64,000 nt of DNA. Source: an uncultured Planctomycetota bacterium (GTDB lineage Bacteria; Planctomycetota; Brocadiia; CAIUPP01). Below are positions 11,040 through 21,130 of the stretch, in pieces. The position numbers and the translations under genes were made by a program. Numbering within the stretch: position 1 is the stretch's first letter; every line of letters starts with the position of its first letter. Under the pieces are notes generated by a model. The model saw nothing but the letters and a program-made list of their open reading frames with translations. It did not search any database and was not told where the DNA came from. The DNA lies in assembly GCA_903901045.1 (NCBI GenBank), contig CAIUPP010000021.1, positions 104,491-168,490 of the forward strand. Direction: 5' to 3'.

Positions 11040-14000
11040 ATGAGCCAGGCGAAACCAATCCATCAAGTCCGTTTTGACGATACTTTTAACGGCTGGTCGG
11101 AGGCTCTGCCCCTCGGCAACGGGCATTTCGGCGCAATGGGCTTCTTGGACCGCGAAGAGGGTTTGGTCTTCACGTTCAACCATTACGATGTGTACTACCG
11201 CTCGAACTTCCGCCCGGAGCAATTGGCCGAGGCGAACCCCTACCGTTATCCCAGGAGCACAGCGCCCGACCGCGCGGAGATGAAGCGCCGCGCGCTGGAG
11301 GCGCACGCGGACCCGAACCACCCCGGGCATGGCAACTACAACGTTTGCTACGACCCGGGGATGGCGTCCCGCTGGGGCGCGCGGCGTGAGGGCAACATTA
11401 TGGCGATCGCCGGCTCGCTGCGGTTGATTCCGCGCCGCGGGCTGTTCGATTCGGCGCCCTATTCCACGGCGCTGGAGATCGAGAATGCTCTCTTCCGCTT
11501 CTCGGCCTCGGGCGTCGAGTCGCGCGCCTTTGTCGCCCGGGACCCGGATGTCTTCGTGATCAACGTGTCGCAGGCCAAAGCCGCGGCATTCGACTCCCTT
11601 GCGCTCTCAGTCCCGGTCTCTCGCATGCGCCCCGACCTCACTTCCTCCTCCGGTTCGGAGCAGGGCGATCTCTTCTTCATCAAGAGCGGCTTCTTCCCGC
11701 AAGGTGGCGGGAAAGGAAAGCCCCCCCATGAATACCTGATTGCCGCCAAACTCGTGGGCGCGAAGGGGGCGCTGGAAAAGCATGCCGGCGGGAATGAACT
11801 GCGGGTTCGGCTGCGGAAGCAATCGAAGGCGTTCACCGTGCTGGTCGCCGTGATCCCGCCCGAGGAAGGGCCGGACTTCGTCGCGGCCGCGCGGCGAAAG
11901 CTGGAAACCGCGGCGCGAGGGCTGAAGGAACTGGAGGCGTCTCATCAGGCGCACTGGCGGGACTTCTTCGGCAAGTCGCGCGTCACCCTGCCGGATCCGA
12001 TGCTGGAAACGCTCTGGCATCTCCACCTCTACTCCCTGGCCTGCTGCAGCGGGGAGGGGGCGCGCCTGTTTGGGGAAGCTTGCGGGCTCAACGGCCTCTG
12101 GGACATCAAGGGACCCACCCAATGGGGCAGCAGTTGGTACTGGGACGTCAACATCGAGCAGGCGTTCTGGCCGGTGTTTGCCAGCAACCACCTGGAACTG
12201 GCGCGGCCGTTTCACAAGGGGATGATGGCGTGGGCGGAGGGGGCGCGCGACCATGCCCGGCACTTCCACAAGCTCGACGGCATCGCGCCGGACTACCCTT
12301 TCACCTATTACATGTCCATGTGGGCCTGGTGCGCGCAGTACTTCTGGTGGCACTACACGCATTCGATGGACAAGCAGTTCCTCCGGGAGACCGCCTTCCC
12401 GCTGTTCAAGGAAATCCTGCGGTTCTACGAGTTGTACGCCGAGCGCGATCCCAAGACCGGCCATCTCGTGATCTTCCCCGACGTGGCGCCCGAGCAGGGC
12501 CCGATGACGCGCAACTCGATGAGCACGATCAGTTGCCTCAAATTCCTTCTCAAGATGGGGATTCGCTCGGGAGAGATTCTCGACGTCGAGCCTGTCCTGC
12601 GCCGGAAATGGAAGACGATGCTCAGTCTATGCGGGGAGTATGCCTGGGGCGAGTCCCGCCGTTTCGGGAAGCATTACAAGGATTCCGAATGGGCCGAAGG
12701 GCTGTTGTTTCTCGCGCACAGCGGGATCGTGAAGCCGATCTTCCCCATTCGCGAGATGACCAAGCGCAGCCCCCGGCGCGTGCGGGAGATGGCCCTGGGC
12801 ACGCTGCGCTATGCCGACGCCCTGCAAACCTACGGCACGCACAACCTCTGGCCGGCCGCCGCCGCCGCAGTTCTGGGCTTGGGCGATGAAGCGGCCCGCA
12901 TGCTCTACGACCGGGGCATCTCGCTGGTCATGCGCGCCAACGGCATGTTCGCCGAGGAGACGGACCGCTGGTTTCAGAACTGTCTGACCAACTGCGCTCC
13001 CGTGTACAGCCCGCCGCTCATCGAGGGGGGGAGCACCGTCGTCGCGACGATCAACGAGATGCTGCTGCAAAGCTATGACGGTTTGATTGAAATCTTCCCG
13101 GCCATCCCGGTCGGCGCGCCCACGGTGCGCTACCATGAGGACCGCGTGAACCCGCCGCGCCTCGCCCCCGCGCCGGTGAAGAAGTGGGAGGAAGCCTCTT
13201 TCGAGAACCTCCTGGCCGAGGGCGCGTTTGAAGTTTCCGCTTGGTTGCGCGGCGGAAAGACCACCGCCGTGCGCATCCGAAGCCTCCAAGGCGGGCGGGT
13301 GCGCCTCGTGAATCCGTTCGGCGCGCGCGCAGTGACTCTGAAATGCGATGGGACGAAAGTCGCTCGCCGGCTCATCGGCAAGGTCCTCGCCTTCGCCACT
13401 CAGGCCGGAAAGAGTTACGAACTCTCCGCCGGGGAAGGGATTCCGCCCGCGGCGCGGGGACGTTCTTTGCCCACCCCGCTGGTCGCCGAGGCGTTCACCC
13501 GGCGCCGCGTCTTCCTGGGCAAGGACCAGCACACCGATTTCCAGCGCGCGCTGGATGGCGCGCTGCTGGATTTCCATGCCGGGCACGTCCCGCAGTCGAA
13601 AATTACCGTCTACAAATTCGACTTCACGAATCCGAAACTTTCCAAGGACTATTTCAAAGTCGTTGCCTGGCAGTGGCACGTCTGCGGCAAGCAGGGGGGC
13701 GCGTTCCTTCCCGTCTCGGCCGACAGCCGGTACACCCCCGACGTCGGGCGCGGCTGGGCCAGAACGGATAAGTTGATGTACGCGGACAGGGGCGCGCCGG
13801 ATGAACTCCGGCGCGACTTCGTCGGCTCCACGGCTCCCGCTGAATTCCTCGTCGACCTGCGGGCCGGGCAATATCAGGTCCTGCTCGTTTCCGGTGACGC
13901 AAAGGGCGCGAGCGCCACGCGCGTGAGCCTGGCGGACGGCGCCACCTGGGAGTCCGGGACGCTTGCGGCCGGGAAGTTCGCCGTGGGAACGCTGCTGCTG

Positions 14001-14102
14001 AATCAGCGGCGGGACGGCACAGCCGCCTTCCGGATTCTTCCCGGCGCGCCCCGGACGCGTTGGACGCTCTCAGCGCTCATCATCAACCAGCTTCTAGGCT
14101 AG
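11040..14102 (+). CDS. six-hairpin glycoside hydrolase, GH95-like (alpha-L-fucosidase/alpha-L-galactosidase family)
   Basis: The N-terminal WSEALPLGNGHFGAMGF matches the GH95 N-terminal (Glyco_hyd_65N_2-type) motif. WYWDVNIEQAFWPVFASNHLELARPF resembles the GH95 catalytic NINxQMNYWP…NLxE…P signature. Confidence 0.7.
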   Translation: MSQAKPIHQVRFDDTFNGWSEALPLGNGHFGAMGFLDREEGLVFTFNHYDVYYRSNFRPEQLAEANPYRYPRSTAPDRAEMKRRALEAHADPNHPGHGNYNVCYDPGMASRWGARREGNIMAIAGSLRLIPRRGLFDSAPYSTALEIENALFRFSASGVESRAFVARDPDVFVINVSQAKAAAFDSLALSVPVSRMRPDLTSSSGSEQGDLFFIKSGFFPQGGGKGKPPHEYLIAAKLVGAKGALEKHAGGNELRVRLRKQSKAFTVLVAVIPPEEGPDFVAAARRKLETAARGLKELEASHQAHWRDFFGKSRVTLPDPMLETLWHLHLYSLACCSGEGARLFGEACGLNGLWDIKGPTQWGSSWYWDVNIEQAFWPVFASNHLELARPFHKGMMAWAEGARDHARHFHKLDGIAPDYPFTYYMSMWAWCAQYFWWHYTHSMDKQFLRETAFPLFKEILRFYELYAERDPKTGHLVIFPDVAPEQGPMTRNSMSTISCLKFLLKMGIRSGEILDVEPVLRRKWKTMLSLCGEYAWGESRRFGKHYKDSEWAEGLLFLAHSGIVKPIFPIREMTKRSPRRVREMALGTLRYADALQTYGTHNLWPAAAAAVLGLGDEAARMLYDRGISLVMRANGMFAEETDRWFQNCLTNCAPVYSPPLIEGGSTVVATINEMLLQSYDGLIEIFPAIPVGAPTVRYHEDRVNPPRLAPAPVKKWEEASFENLLAEGAFEVSAWLRGGKTTAVRIRSLQGGRVRLVNPFGARAVTLKCDGTKVARRLIGKVLAFATQAGKSYELSAGEGIPPAARGRSLPTPLVAEAFTRRRVFLGKDQHTDFQRALDGALLDFHAGHVPQSKITVYKFDFTNPKLSKDYFKVVAWQWHVCGKQGGAFLPVSADSRYTPDVGRGWARTDKLMYADRGAPDELRRDFVGSTAPAEFLVDLRAGQYQVLLVSGDAKGASATRVSLADGATWESGTLAAGKFAVGTLLLNQRRDGTAAFRILPGAPRTRWTLSALIINQLLG

Positions 14103-14116
14103 AATGGAGGGTCGCC

Positions 14117-14308
14117 ATGACCGCGCCGCGCACGACCGGCTGCCTGAAGAAGCTCGACCGGATGAACAAGGCGTTGCGACATGAAGAGCCCGACCGCGTG
14201 CCGATCAGTGACTTCTTCTGGGGCGGGTTCGTCGAGCGCTGGCGGAAGGAGTTGGGGCTGCCGTCGGACGCCTCTTCCGATCTCATTACGACCTCGACTG
14301 GATCGTGA
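14117..14308 (+). pseudogene. N-terminal fragment of a URO-D family gene (frameshifted relative to 14305..15279)
   Basis: MTAPRTTGCLKKLDRMNKALRHEEPDRVPISDFFWGGFVERW carries the URO-D/MtaA N-terminal PDRVP motif. Its frame ends at 14308 while the rest of the domain continues in another frame (…YDLDWIVTVHNMD). Confidence 0.45.
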
Positions 14309-15279
14309 CCGTCCACAACATGGACCCGCACATCCGCTCCTTTCAGACGCTCAAGGAGGACGCGGAGGAGGTCATCGTCAAGACCGGCTTTGAGATCTCG
14401 CTGCGCAAACGCTTCGACATGCCAATGCCGGAGCAGATGAGCTGGGAGACGGACTCCATCGAGAAGCTCGAAGCGTTCGCCTTCGACGACCCGGCCGACC
14501 GTCGGCGCTTCTTCAGCGCCGGGGATAATCAGATCGCCGGAGTGGGGGATGGCTTCACGCGCAACAGCCCCCCCTGGGTGGAGAGCGTTCGCGGACTGCA
14601 CAAGGATTTCCCGGTCTATGGAAGCATCATCGAGGCCAGCGAATTCCTCACGCGCGCCGTGGGCCAGATGAACACCCTGATGTGGTTCGGCGAGTATCCC
14701 GAGCGCATGGGGGCGCAGGTCGAGCGGATCAACCGCTTCTACTGCGAGTGCGCCGAGGCCGCCATCCGTGCGGCAGGGGGCCTCCTCGACGGCTTCGTCA
14801 TCTGGGGCGATGTGGCCTATCGCAACAGCCTCTTCATTTCTCCCGGATACTGGCGGCGTTACTTCAAGCCGGGGGTCAAGGCGCTGATTGACCTGTGCCA
14901 CCGGAACGGCCTGCCGGTCATCTACCACGGCTGCGGCAACGTCAAAGCCATCCTGCCGGACTTCATCGAAATCGGCCTGGACGCCTACAACCCCCTGGAG
15001 GCGAAAGCCGGCCTGGACGTGGTGGAGTTGCGAAAGGAGTACGGCCATCAACTCGCCTTCTGCGGCAACAACGACATCACCGTCTGGGAGGGAGGGGACC
15101 CCGTGAAGATACGGCGCGAAACCCTCCGCAAGTTGCGCGCTGGAACGGGGGGTGGCTACATCGTACAATCCGATCATTCCGTGTCGAGCGCCGTCTCGGG
15201 AAAGAGCTACGACCTGGTGGTGAAACTCGTGCGCGAATACGGGAAATACCCGCTGAACCTTGACGCCCTCTCGGACTGA
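14305..15279 (+). CDS. uroporphyrinogen decarboxylase (URO-D/MtaA) family protein, C-terminal major part (apparent frameshift near 14270-14300)
   Basis: URO-D family C-terminal region (GFVIWGDVAYRNSLFISPGYWRRYFKPGVKALIDLCH…IYHGCGNV…GGGYIVQSDHSV). The upstream ORF carries the missing N-terminus. Confidence 0.6.
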   Translation: MTVHNMDPHIRSFQTLKEDAEEVIVKTGFEISLRKRFDMPMPEQMSWETDSIEKLEAFAFDDPADRRRFFSAGDNQIAGVGDGFTRNSPPWVESVRGLHKDFPVYGSIIEASEFLTRAVGQMNTLMWFGEYPERMGAQVERINRFYCECAEAAIRAAGGLLDGFVIWGDVAYRNSLFISPGYWRRYFKPGVKALIDLCHRNGLPVIYHGCGNVKAILPDFIEIGLDAYNPLEAKAGLDVVELRKEYGHQLAFCGNNDITVWEGGDPVKIRRETLRKLRAGTGGGYIVQSDHSVSSAVSGKSYDLVVKLVREYGKYPLNLDALSD

Positions 15280-15290
15280 AAGGAACAACC

Positions 15291-15632
15291 ATGCGGCGAT
15301 TCGGGTGGGTCATCGGCGTGAACGCCGGCAAGGTCGAGGAATACAAGCGCCTCCATGCCGCCGTCTGGCCGGACGTCCTCAAAATGATCAAGCAGTGCCA
15401 CATTCAGAATTACTCCATCTACCTTCGGCAGCTCGACGACGGGCAATATTACCTCTTCAGCTACCTGGAGTACGTGGGCGAGGACTTCACGGCTGATATG
15501 GCGAAAATGGCCGCCGACCCGACGACCCAGAAATGGTGGGACGCCTGCAAGCCCTGCCAGCGACCCCTGACCACCCGAAAGAGCCCGCAGGAATGGTGGT
15601 CGGACCTCGAAGAGGTTTTCCACCTCGATTAG
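15291..15632 (+). CDS. rhaM: L-rhamnose mutarotase
   Basis: 113 aa with close similarity to RhaM/YiiL: VWPDVLKMIKQCHIQNYSIYL, QKWWDACKPCQ, EVFHLD. RBS AAGGAA upstream. Confidence 0.9.
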   Translation: MRRFGWVIGVNAGKVEEYKRLHAAVWPDVLKMIKQCHIQNYSIYLRQLDDGQYYLFSYLEYVGEDFTADMAKMAADPTTQKWWDACKPCQRPLTTRKSPQEWWSDLEEVFHLD

Positions 15633-15646
15633 CCCTCGGAGGAAAC

Positions 15647-16702
15647 ATGAAGCCGCGAGAACGAGTCCTGGCCGTCTTCTCCCATGAGCAGCCCGATCGC
15701 GTGCCGCTCTGGTTCGGCATGTCCGCGGAGTTCGAGGCCAAGGCGATGCGCGAACTGCGCGAGGATGCGGAAGGGCTGCGCCTGTTCCTGGGCGACGACT
15801 TCCGCCGCATATTCGCATCGTACAAACTGCCCTCCACGCCGCTGCCCGAAGGGGCAACCTGCCGCACCATCTTCGGGGTGGACCGGCATGGCCTGGGCTA
15901 TGGCCAGCCCATCTCCCATCCCCTCGCGAACGCCACCCTCTCTCAAGTGCATGACCACCCCTGGCCGGACGCCTCCTGCGTGGACGTCTCCGGGCTGAGG
16001 AAGGCGGCGACCCCCTGGCGCGACCATTACGCCATCCTCGGCGGAGACTGGTCCCCCTTCTGGCATGACGCCATTGACCTGCTGGGAATGGAGAACCTGT
16101 ACCTCAAGATGTACGAAGAGCCGGAACTGGTGGATGCCTTGATGGCCCATCTCGCGGACTTCTACTTCGCCTCCAGCCGCAAAATATTCGAAGAGGCCGG
16201 AGACCTGATCGATATTTTCTTCATCGGCAACGACCTGGGCAGCCAGACCGGGCCGCTCCTGGGGCCGGAACTCTTCGCGCGGTTCATTCTGCCGCACCTG
16301 AAACGCTTCATCGACCTGGGGCATCAGTATCGGCTGAAAGTGCAGATGCACTGCTGCGGCGGCTACGCGCCGCTGATCCCCCTGCTGATCGACGCGCGCC
16401 TCGACGCCCTCCACGCCGTGCAGCCCTGCTGCGCCGGCATGGAACTGCGCGCGCTGAAGGAGCGGTATGGCCGCAAGATCGTTTTCAACGGCGGCATCGA
16501 TTCGCACCACGTGCTGATCAGGGGCACGCCGGAATCCGTCCGCCGAGACACGCGGAAAGTGCTTGAGATTATGATGCCCGGCGGGGGGTACATCGCCGGC
16601 GCCAGCCACGACACCATCCTCGAAGAAACCCCCGTCGAGAACGTCCTGGCGATGCGGGATGAAGTGCTCGAAGCCGGGCGCTATGCGCGCGCCCCGAAGT
16701 AA
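15647..16702 (+). CDS. URO-D/MtaA family protein
   Basis: ATG at 15647 with GGAGGA upstream. N-terminus ERVLAVFSHEQPDRVPLWFGM, and the URO-D family pattern throughout. Confidence 0.75.
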   Translation: MKPRERVLAVFSHEQPDRVPLWFGMSAEFEAKAMRELREDAEGLRLFLGDDFRRIFASYKLPSTPLPEGATCRTIFGVDRHGLGYGQPISHPLANATLSQVHDHPWPDASCVDVSGLRKAATPWRDHYAILGGDWSPFWHDAIDLLGMENLYLKMYEEPELVDALMAHLADFYFASSRKIFEEAGDLIDIFFIGNDLGSQTGPLLGPELFARFILPHLKRFIDLGHQYRLKVQMHCCGGYAPLIPLLIDARLDALHAVQPCCAGMELRALKERYGRKIVFNGGIDSHHVLIRGTPESVRRDTRKVLEIMMPGGGYIAGASHDTILEETPVENVLAMRDEVLEAGRYARAPK

Positions 16703-16740
16703 TTCATTGAAGACCTTACGGTCAGGAAAGGTATTGCCCG

Positions 16741-17355
16741 ATGGCCGAACGCGAGAGCATCGAATGGTGCGACATCTACGTCACGAATGTTAACACGGAG
16801 GCGCTTCCCAGAGTCCTGCTCATCGGCGACTCCATCTGCCTGAATTACTGCGGTCAGGTCACGCGGGACCTCGCGGGGAAGTATGCCTGCGGGCACCTGG
16901 CCACGTCGTTCAGCATTTGCGCCGCCGCATACGAGAAACATCTGGCGTTCGTCCTGGACCAGTACCGATTTGCCGTGATCCATTTCAACAACGGGCTGCA
17001 TGGTTGGGAATATGACGAGGAAGCCTACGCGAAGAGCCTCCCCCGCGTGCTGGACTTCATGGCCCGCCGAAGCTCCGGCAGCAAGCTGATCTGGGCGAGT
17101 TCGACCCCGTTCCGCAAGAAAGGGGCGCTGAATGAGTTCGACGCGGAGACGATCGACCGGCTCCGGGAGCGCAATCGCATCGCCGGCGAAATCGTGGCTT
17201 CGCGCGGCATCCCCATTGACGACCTCTTCAGCCTCGTCGAGGACCATCCGGAGTTCTATAGCGAAGACGCCTGCCACTTCAATCCCGTGGGGCAGGAGGT
17301 CCTGGGCCATCGCGTCGCGGAGAGCATCCGCGCCGTTGTATCGAAGCATCAGTAG
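16741..17355 (+). CDS. SGNH/GDSL hydrolase family esterase (carbohydrate acetylesterase-like)
   Basis: GDS block (LLIGDSICLNY) and a C-terminal DxxH block (EDACHFNPVG), 204 aa. Confidence 0.8.
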   Translation: MAERESIEWCDIYVTNVNTEALPRVLLIGDSICLNYCGQVTRDLAGKYACGHLATSFSICAAAYEKHLAFVLDQYRFAVIHFNNGLHGWEYDEEAYAKSLPRVLDFMARRSSGSKLIWASSTPFRKKGALNEFDAETIDRLRERNRIAGEIVASRGIPIDDLFSLVEDHPEFYSEDACHFNPVGQEVLGHRVAESIRAVVSKHQ

Positions 17356-17404
17356 CGCGTCGCCGTTTGTGCTCGCGTGAATTCAGCCAGGAGGAGGAAC
17401 GCTC

Positions 17405-18136
17405 ATGCTGGGAAAAAGTCTTGCCGCACTGGGAATAGTTCTGGCGATGTCTTGCGTGGCAACCACCGCGCGAGGAGCCGAAGAGGGGCTGATCGCCCAA
17501 TTCCCGTTGGACGAGGGAATCGGCACGTCCACCCGCGACGCAACCGGGGGTGGCATCACCGGCACGCTCCATAACACGGAATGGGCCAAATGGGGAAAGG
17601 CCGATGCGCTCAAGTTGCGCCGGGCGGACTCCTACGTGGAGATCGGCGCGGGGCTGAAAGAGAAGCTCGTTGGCGATTTCACCCTGGCCGCCTGGGTGAA
17701 GCTGGCCGCGACGCCCTTCCCAGATCCTTCGACGAACTGGTCGATCCTCGCTTGCGAAGACTACGACGGCAAACCCTCGCCTCAGAACGGCTTCATGTTC
17801 AGAATTGCGGGCGATTCGGTCCAGCCCTATTTCCGGTCGTGCCAGCCGGGCGTTGCTGAAGATTTCACCCTCGGCACGGCGATGCAGAACAACAAGCCGT
17901 ACCTCGTGGCTGTCGTCAAAAAAGGTGGCGCTGCCAGGATATATCTCAACGGCGTTGCGGGACCGGAATTCCCGGTGAAAGACCCCGCTCCCGGTCCGGC
18001 GCCCCTGCTGATCGGCGGGGGAGGGCAGTCCTTTGGCGGAATGATCGGCGACGTCCGATTCTACAACCGCGCGCTGTCCGAGAAGGAAATGAAAGAGCTC
18101 TACGACCGCACAGTGGCTGAGCGTTCCAAGGAGTGA
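17405..18136 (+). CDS. stand-alone secreted LamG domain protein (paralog of N-termini of 3976 and 7167 products)
   Basis: The leader GGAGGAACGCTCATG is identical to the one before 3976. The 243-aa product aligns over its full length with the LamG modules of the two large proteins and stops right after the domain. Confidence 0.8.
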   Translation: MLGKSLAALGIVLAMSCVATTARGAEEGLIAQFPLDEGIGTSTRDATGGGITGTLHNTEWAKWGKADALKLRRADSYVEIGAGLKEKLVGDFTLAAWVKLAATPFPDPSTNWSILACEDYDGKPSPQNGFMFRIAGDSVQPYFRSCQPGVAEDFTLGTAMQNNKPYLVAVVKKGGAARIYLNGVAGPEFPVKDPAPGPAPLLIGGGGQSFGGMIGDVRFYNRALSEKEMKELYDRTVAERSKE

Positions 18137-18165
18137 GTGAACCGCCGGTCATGATGCTGCAAGGC

Positions 18166-18191
18166 GCCTCATAGCGGGTGAATCATGAGGC
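18166..18191 (+). terminator. possible hairpin GCCTCAT-12nt-ATGAGGC after LamG gene (no U-tract)
   Basis: 7-bp perfect inverted repeat 30 nt after the stop. Terminator function is uncertain. Confidence 0.25.
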
Positions 18192-18370
18192 CGCTGAATC
18201 GGTGTGGCCCAGCCGGGGGCGGTTGGGCCGCGCGCTTTAACCTCCCCTGGCTTCATTCCGCGCCAACAGCTTGGGAGCAACTTCCAGATGCGGCGTATGT
18301 GCGGGGAACCCGCGCGCCAATAAAGTCGGAACATGCTGGTCTAACAATAGATATGGCATTTTAGTTTTTC

Positions 18371-18399
18371 TTGACAAGCCGCCAAACGCGGGATATAAT
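18371..18399 (+). promoter_or_regulatory. canonical sigma70-like promoter TTGACA-17nt-TATAAT
   Basis: Perfect -35 and -10 hexamers with a 17-nt spacer in a markedly AT-rich island. GTGACA lies at 18417-18422 downstream, as at the first regulator promoter. Confidence 0.65.
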
Positions 18400-18432
18400 A
18401 TAAAAGTATAAAACAAGTGACAAATACATAAA

Positions 18433-19644
18433 ATGCGTCGAACGTCTCAGTGCCGGAACAAACAGGCTGAGTGTCCAATGCAGACCAAACCGCCAACCCT
18501 AGCGCGACGCACCCCCCTGAGCGTCAGAATCTACGAAGATCTGGCCGCCTCGATCCATGAAAAGAAGCTGTTGCCTGGGGGCAGGTTGCCCACAATGGCC
18601 GAAGTCGCCGACCAATACGGCGTGTCCTTGAGGACCGCCGCCATTGCATTTGAGCGCCTCAAAGCCGAGGGGTTGGTCGTTTCCCGCACAGCCAGCGGCA
18701 CCTTCGTTGCCCACCCCGTCGAAGCGGCCACTTCGGTTGAAATAATCCTCTGCGTCAATCCGAAGCTCCTCAACAACTTGGAAGGCCCGCGGACCTGGTA
18801 TCCCTTTGCCCGGTTGAGCGGGGTGATTGCCGGAGCGGAACGTCGTCACATGCGTCTGGCTCCGCTTACGGATGGAGCTTTATTCACCTCCTTTATCCAT
18901 GCCGATGTGCGCCAGGGGCTCATCCTTATGGACGACAGTTACGAACCCGACGGGTTCGGAGATATGGCGCGCTACGCCACCGAACACAAGTGGCCGGTGT
19001 GCATGGTGACCGGCCCGTCAAAGAGTTTGCTGTGCGTGGAGGACAATCGCGGCAAGGGGTTTGAACTGGCCACGAACCATCTGCTGAGCCTGGGGCACAG
19101 GCGGATCGCGTACATCAACCTGTCGCCGGAGGGCTGGACGCCGATGGCAGTGGAGCGGTTGATTGTGGGACCGCGGAGCGGATATTTCCGGGCATTGAAG
19201 CGCGCAGGAGTCAGGCCGGAACCGGGGCTGTATATGGAATTGCCCGCGCCGGAGACGGTCGGTCCGGGTCCCACGGCGGAAGCGGTCGAACGGCTTCTGG
19301 CGCTCGATTCGAGGCCCACGGCCATCCTGGCCAGCAATGACAACCGCGCGGTCGTCGTGCTGCAGGTCCTGAAGGCGCACGGCGTCCGCGTGCCCCAGGA
19401 GATGTCCGTCATCGGCTGCGACGACGTCTCCGCGTCGGAAAGATCCGTTCCGCGCCTGACGACCATCAACACCGAATTGATGGCGCAGGGCGAAGCGGCG
19501 GTGAATTATATCGTGAACTGCCTGCAAGGCCAGAAGGCGCCGCTGCCATCGGTGATGCCCAGGCTGGTCGTGCGGGCCTCCTCGGGTGTTCCGCCAAGTG
19601 GCTCTGTTTCCGAAGGGAGAGGTTTTGTAGCGCGCGCACGATGA
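18433..19644 (+). CDS. AraR-subfamily GntR regulator (GntR HTH + LacI/PBP1-like domain), paralog of 1331..2464
   Basis: [35 protein letters not shown] and C-terminal PBP-like region (HRRIAYINL…[35 protein letters not shown]). The start could also be the ATG at 18478. Confidence 0.75.
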   Translation: MRRTSQCRNKQAECPMQTKPPTLARRTPLSVRIYEDLAASIHEKKLLPGGRLPTMAEVADQYGVSLRTAAIAFERLKAEGLVVSRTASGTFVAHPVEAATSVEIILCVNPKLLNNLEGPRTWYPFARLSGVIAGAERRHMRLAPLTDGALFTSFIHADVRQGLILMDDSYEPDGFGDMARYATEHKWPVCMVTGPSKSLLCVEDNRGKGFELATNHLLSLGHRRIAYINLSPEGWTPMAVERLIVGPRSGYFRALKRAGVRPEPGLYMELPAPETVGPGPTAEAVERLLALDSRPTAILASNDNRAVVVLQVLKAHGVRVPQEMSVIGCDDVSASERSVPRLTTINTELMAQGEAAVNYIVNCLQGQKAPLPSVMPRLVVRASSGVPPSGSVSEGRGFVARAR

Positions 19645-19696
19645 CGGGAAGTCTGGGTCCTCTTGTTTGGTCACTTATCGAAGGGAGGGTGCCGTG

Positions 19697-21130
19697 ATGA
19701 AGACGATGCGGTCGTTCCTGTCGGCGTTCACGTTGATCGAGCTGCTCGTCGTAATTGCAATCATTGCCATTCTGGCCGGAATGTTGCTGCCTGCGCTGGC
19801 GGCGGCCCGGGAGAAGGCGCGTCGCACCGCTTGCCTGAACAACCTGAGCCAGATGAGCAGAGGGCTGGAAAGCTACTGCAGCGATTACGGCGGCTACTTC
19901 CCCAGTTGGCAAGGGGCAGGCAATAACTTCACCTGGTGCCAGAACGCCGCCGGGCAAGCGGTGTGGGATAATACATGCGTTGGCGGCGCCGATATGCACC
20001 AGTTTGGCAGCACCAAGGCCGGCTGGTACGGGCTTGGCATTACCCCCCAGGATCTGGCGCCCGGACCTGCCGGGTTCAGTGAGGCCCGTTACATGCCCGC
20101 TGAAGACAACGGCGTCCCCACAGGGGCCGGCGCCACGAAGCGTTGGATCGATGCGACCATGGCCTATACCCAAGCCGGTATGTCCTCGCGCAGTCTCGCG
20201 CGCGGGTACATCTGCGAGACCCCGGGCGGCACCACCGACTGGCTCCCCTCGCACGTGCTCGGCGGCTGGAATCTCCCCAAGGGCTCCCTCAACTCCGCGC
20301 CTGAACAGCTTGGCTACCTCCTGACCGGCGGCTACGTGCAGGACGCCGGCGTCTTCTATTGCCCCAGCGCCGCTAGTATGCCGGCGGACTGTTCCTACAC
20401 CTATTACACTTGTTACATGCCCGCCAGTACGCTGGCCGACTGGAAGACGATGGGCGGGCGCGACGGCAAGACCTTGCTGCGCGGATATTATGGAGTCGCC
20501 TTCCCGTACGCGGATACGCCCGGCAAGCGCATGTTCGCGTCCCTCTCCGATCCATGGGGTGGCACAGAGACCATGGTCCAGTCCACCTACCATTACCGCA
20601 ATGCCCCGCTCGGGGTGCGCGGGCCCTGGCACAGGTACCAGGACGGCAATCCCTCGGTGTACTGGCTGCCCGGAGCCAAGCCGCACATCGGGCTCCGGCT
20701 CGGCCAACCGCTCTTCCCCACGCAGAAGATACTCGGCAGCCGCTCGCTTGTGGCCGATACCTTCTCCAAGGGAGGCAAGTATGATGCCGCCGGCAAGGCC
20801 ACGTCTTATGTCCTTGCCGACAATCTTGCCACCAGCAGGAGCTATGCCGGTTTCGGACTTTTGCACCATCGCGACGGTTACAACGTGCTCTACGGCGACT
20901 GGAGCGCCAAGTGGTATGGCGATCCGCAGCAGCAGATCATCTGGCACACGCAAGGCAACGTTAATGGTTCCACCGGCGGAAGCTGGATGTACAACCTCCT
21001 GGCCAACAATTGGTACCTGGCCCCAACTCTTACGGACGAATCGGCTACCGGAGGTAACTTCATCGGCTCGCAACTCGCCGTCTGGCATGACTTCGATGTT
21101 TCTTCCGGCGTGGACGTAAACGTGAACTAA
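19697..21130 (+). CDS. DUF1559 / H-X9-DG-like prepilin-type protein (paralog 2)
   Basis: ATG at 19697 with AAGGGAGGG 7 nt upstream. N-terminus [33 protein letters not shown] and C-terminus [28 protein letters not shown]. Confidence 0.85.
   Translation: MKTMRSFLSAFTLIELLVVIAIIAILAGMLLPALAAAREKARRTACLNNLSQMSRGLESYCSDYGGYFPSWQGAGNNFTWCQNAAGQAVWDNTCVGGADMHQFGSTKAGWYGLGITPQDLAPGPAGFSEARYMPAEDNGVPTGAGATKRWIDATMAYTQAGMSSRSLARGYICETPGGTTDWLPSHVLGGWNLPKGSLNSAPEQLGYLLTGGYVQDAGVFYCPSAASMPADCSYTYYTCYMPASTLADWKTMGGRDGKTLLRGYYGVAFPYADTPGKRMFASLSDPWGGTETMVQSTYHYRNAPLGVRGPWHRYQDGNPSVYWLPGAKPHIGLRLGQPLFPTQKILGSRSLVADTFSKGGKYDAAGKATSYVLADNLATSRSYAGFGLLHHRDGYNVLYGDWSAKWYGDPQQQIIWHTQGNVNGSTGGSWMYNLLANNWYLAPTLTDESATGGNFIGSQLAVWHDFDVSSGVDVNVN

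Noticed and set aside
18149-18334. 61-aa minus-strand ORF in the intergenic region after the stand-alone LamG gene
   Set aside because: Short, no RBS, Arg/Trp-rich. It lies in a GC-rich spacer that more likely carries terminator hairpins or promoter DNA.
19466-21088. 540-aa minus-strand ORF opposite DUF1559 paralog 2
   Set aside because: Antisense shadow. The + strand frame encodes the strongly conserved prepilin N-terminus and C-terminal motif shared with two paralogs.
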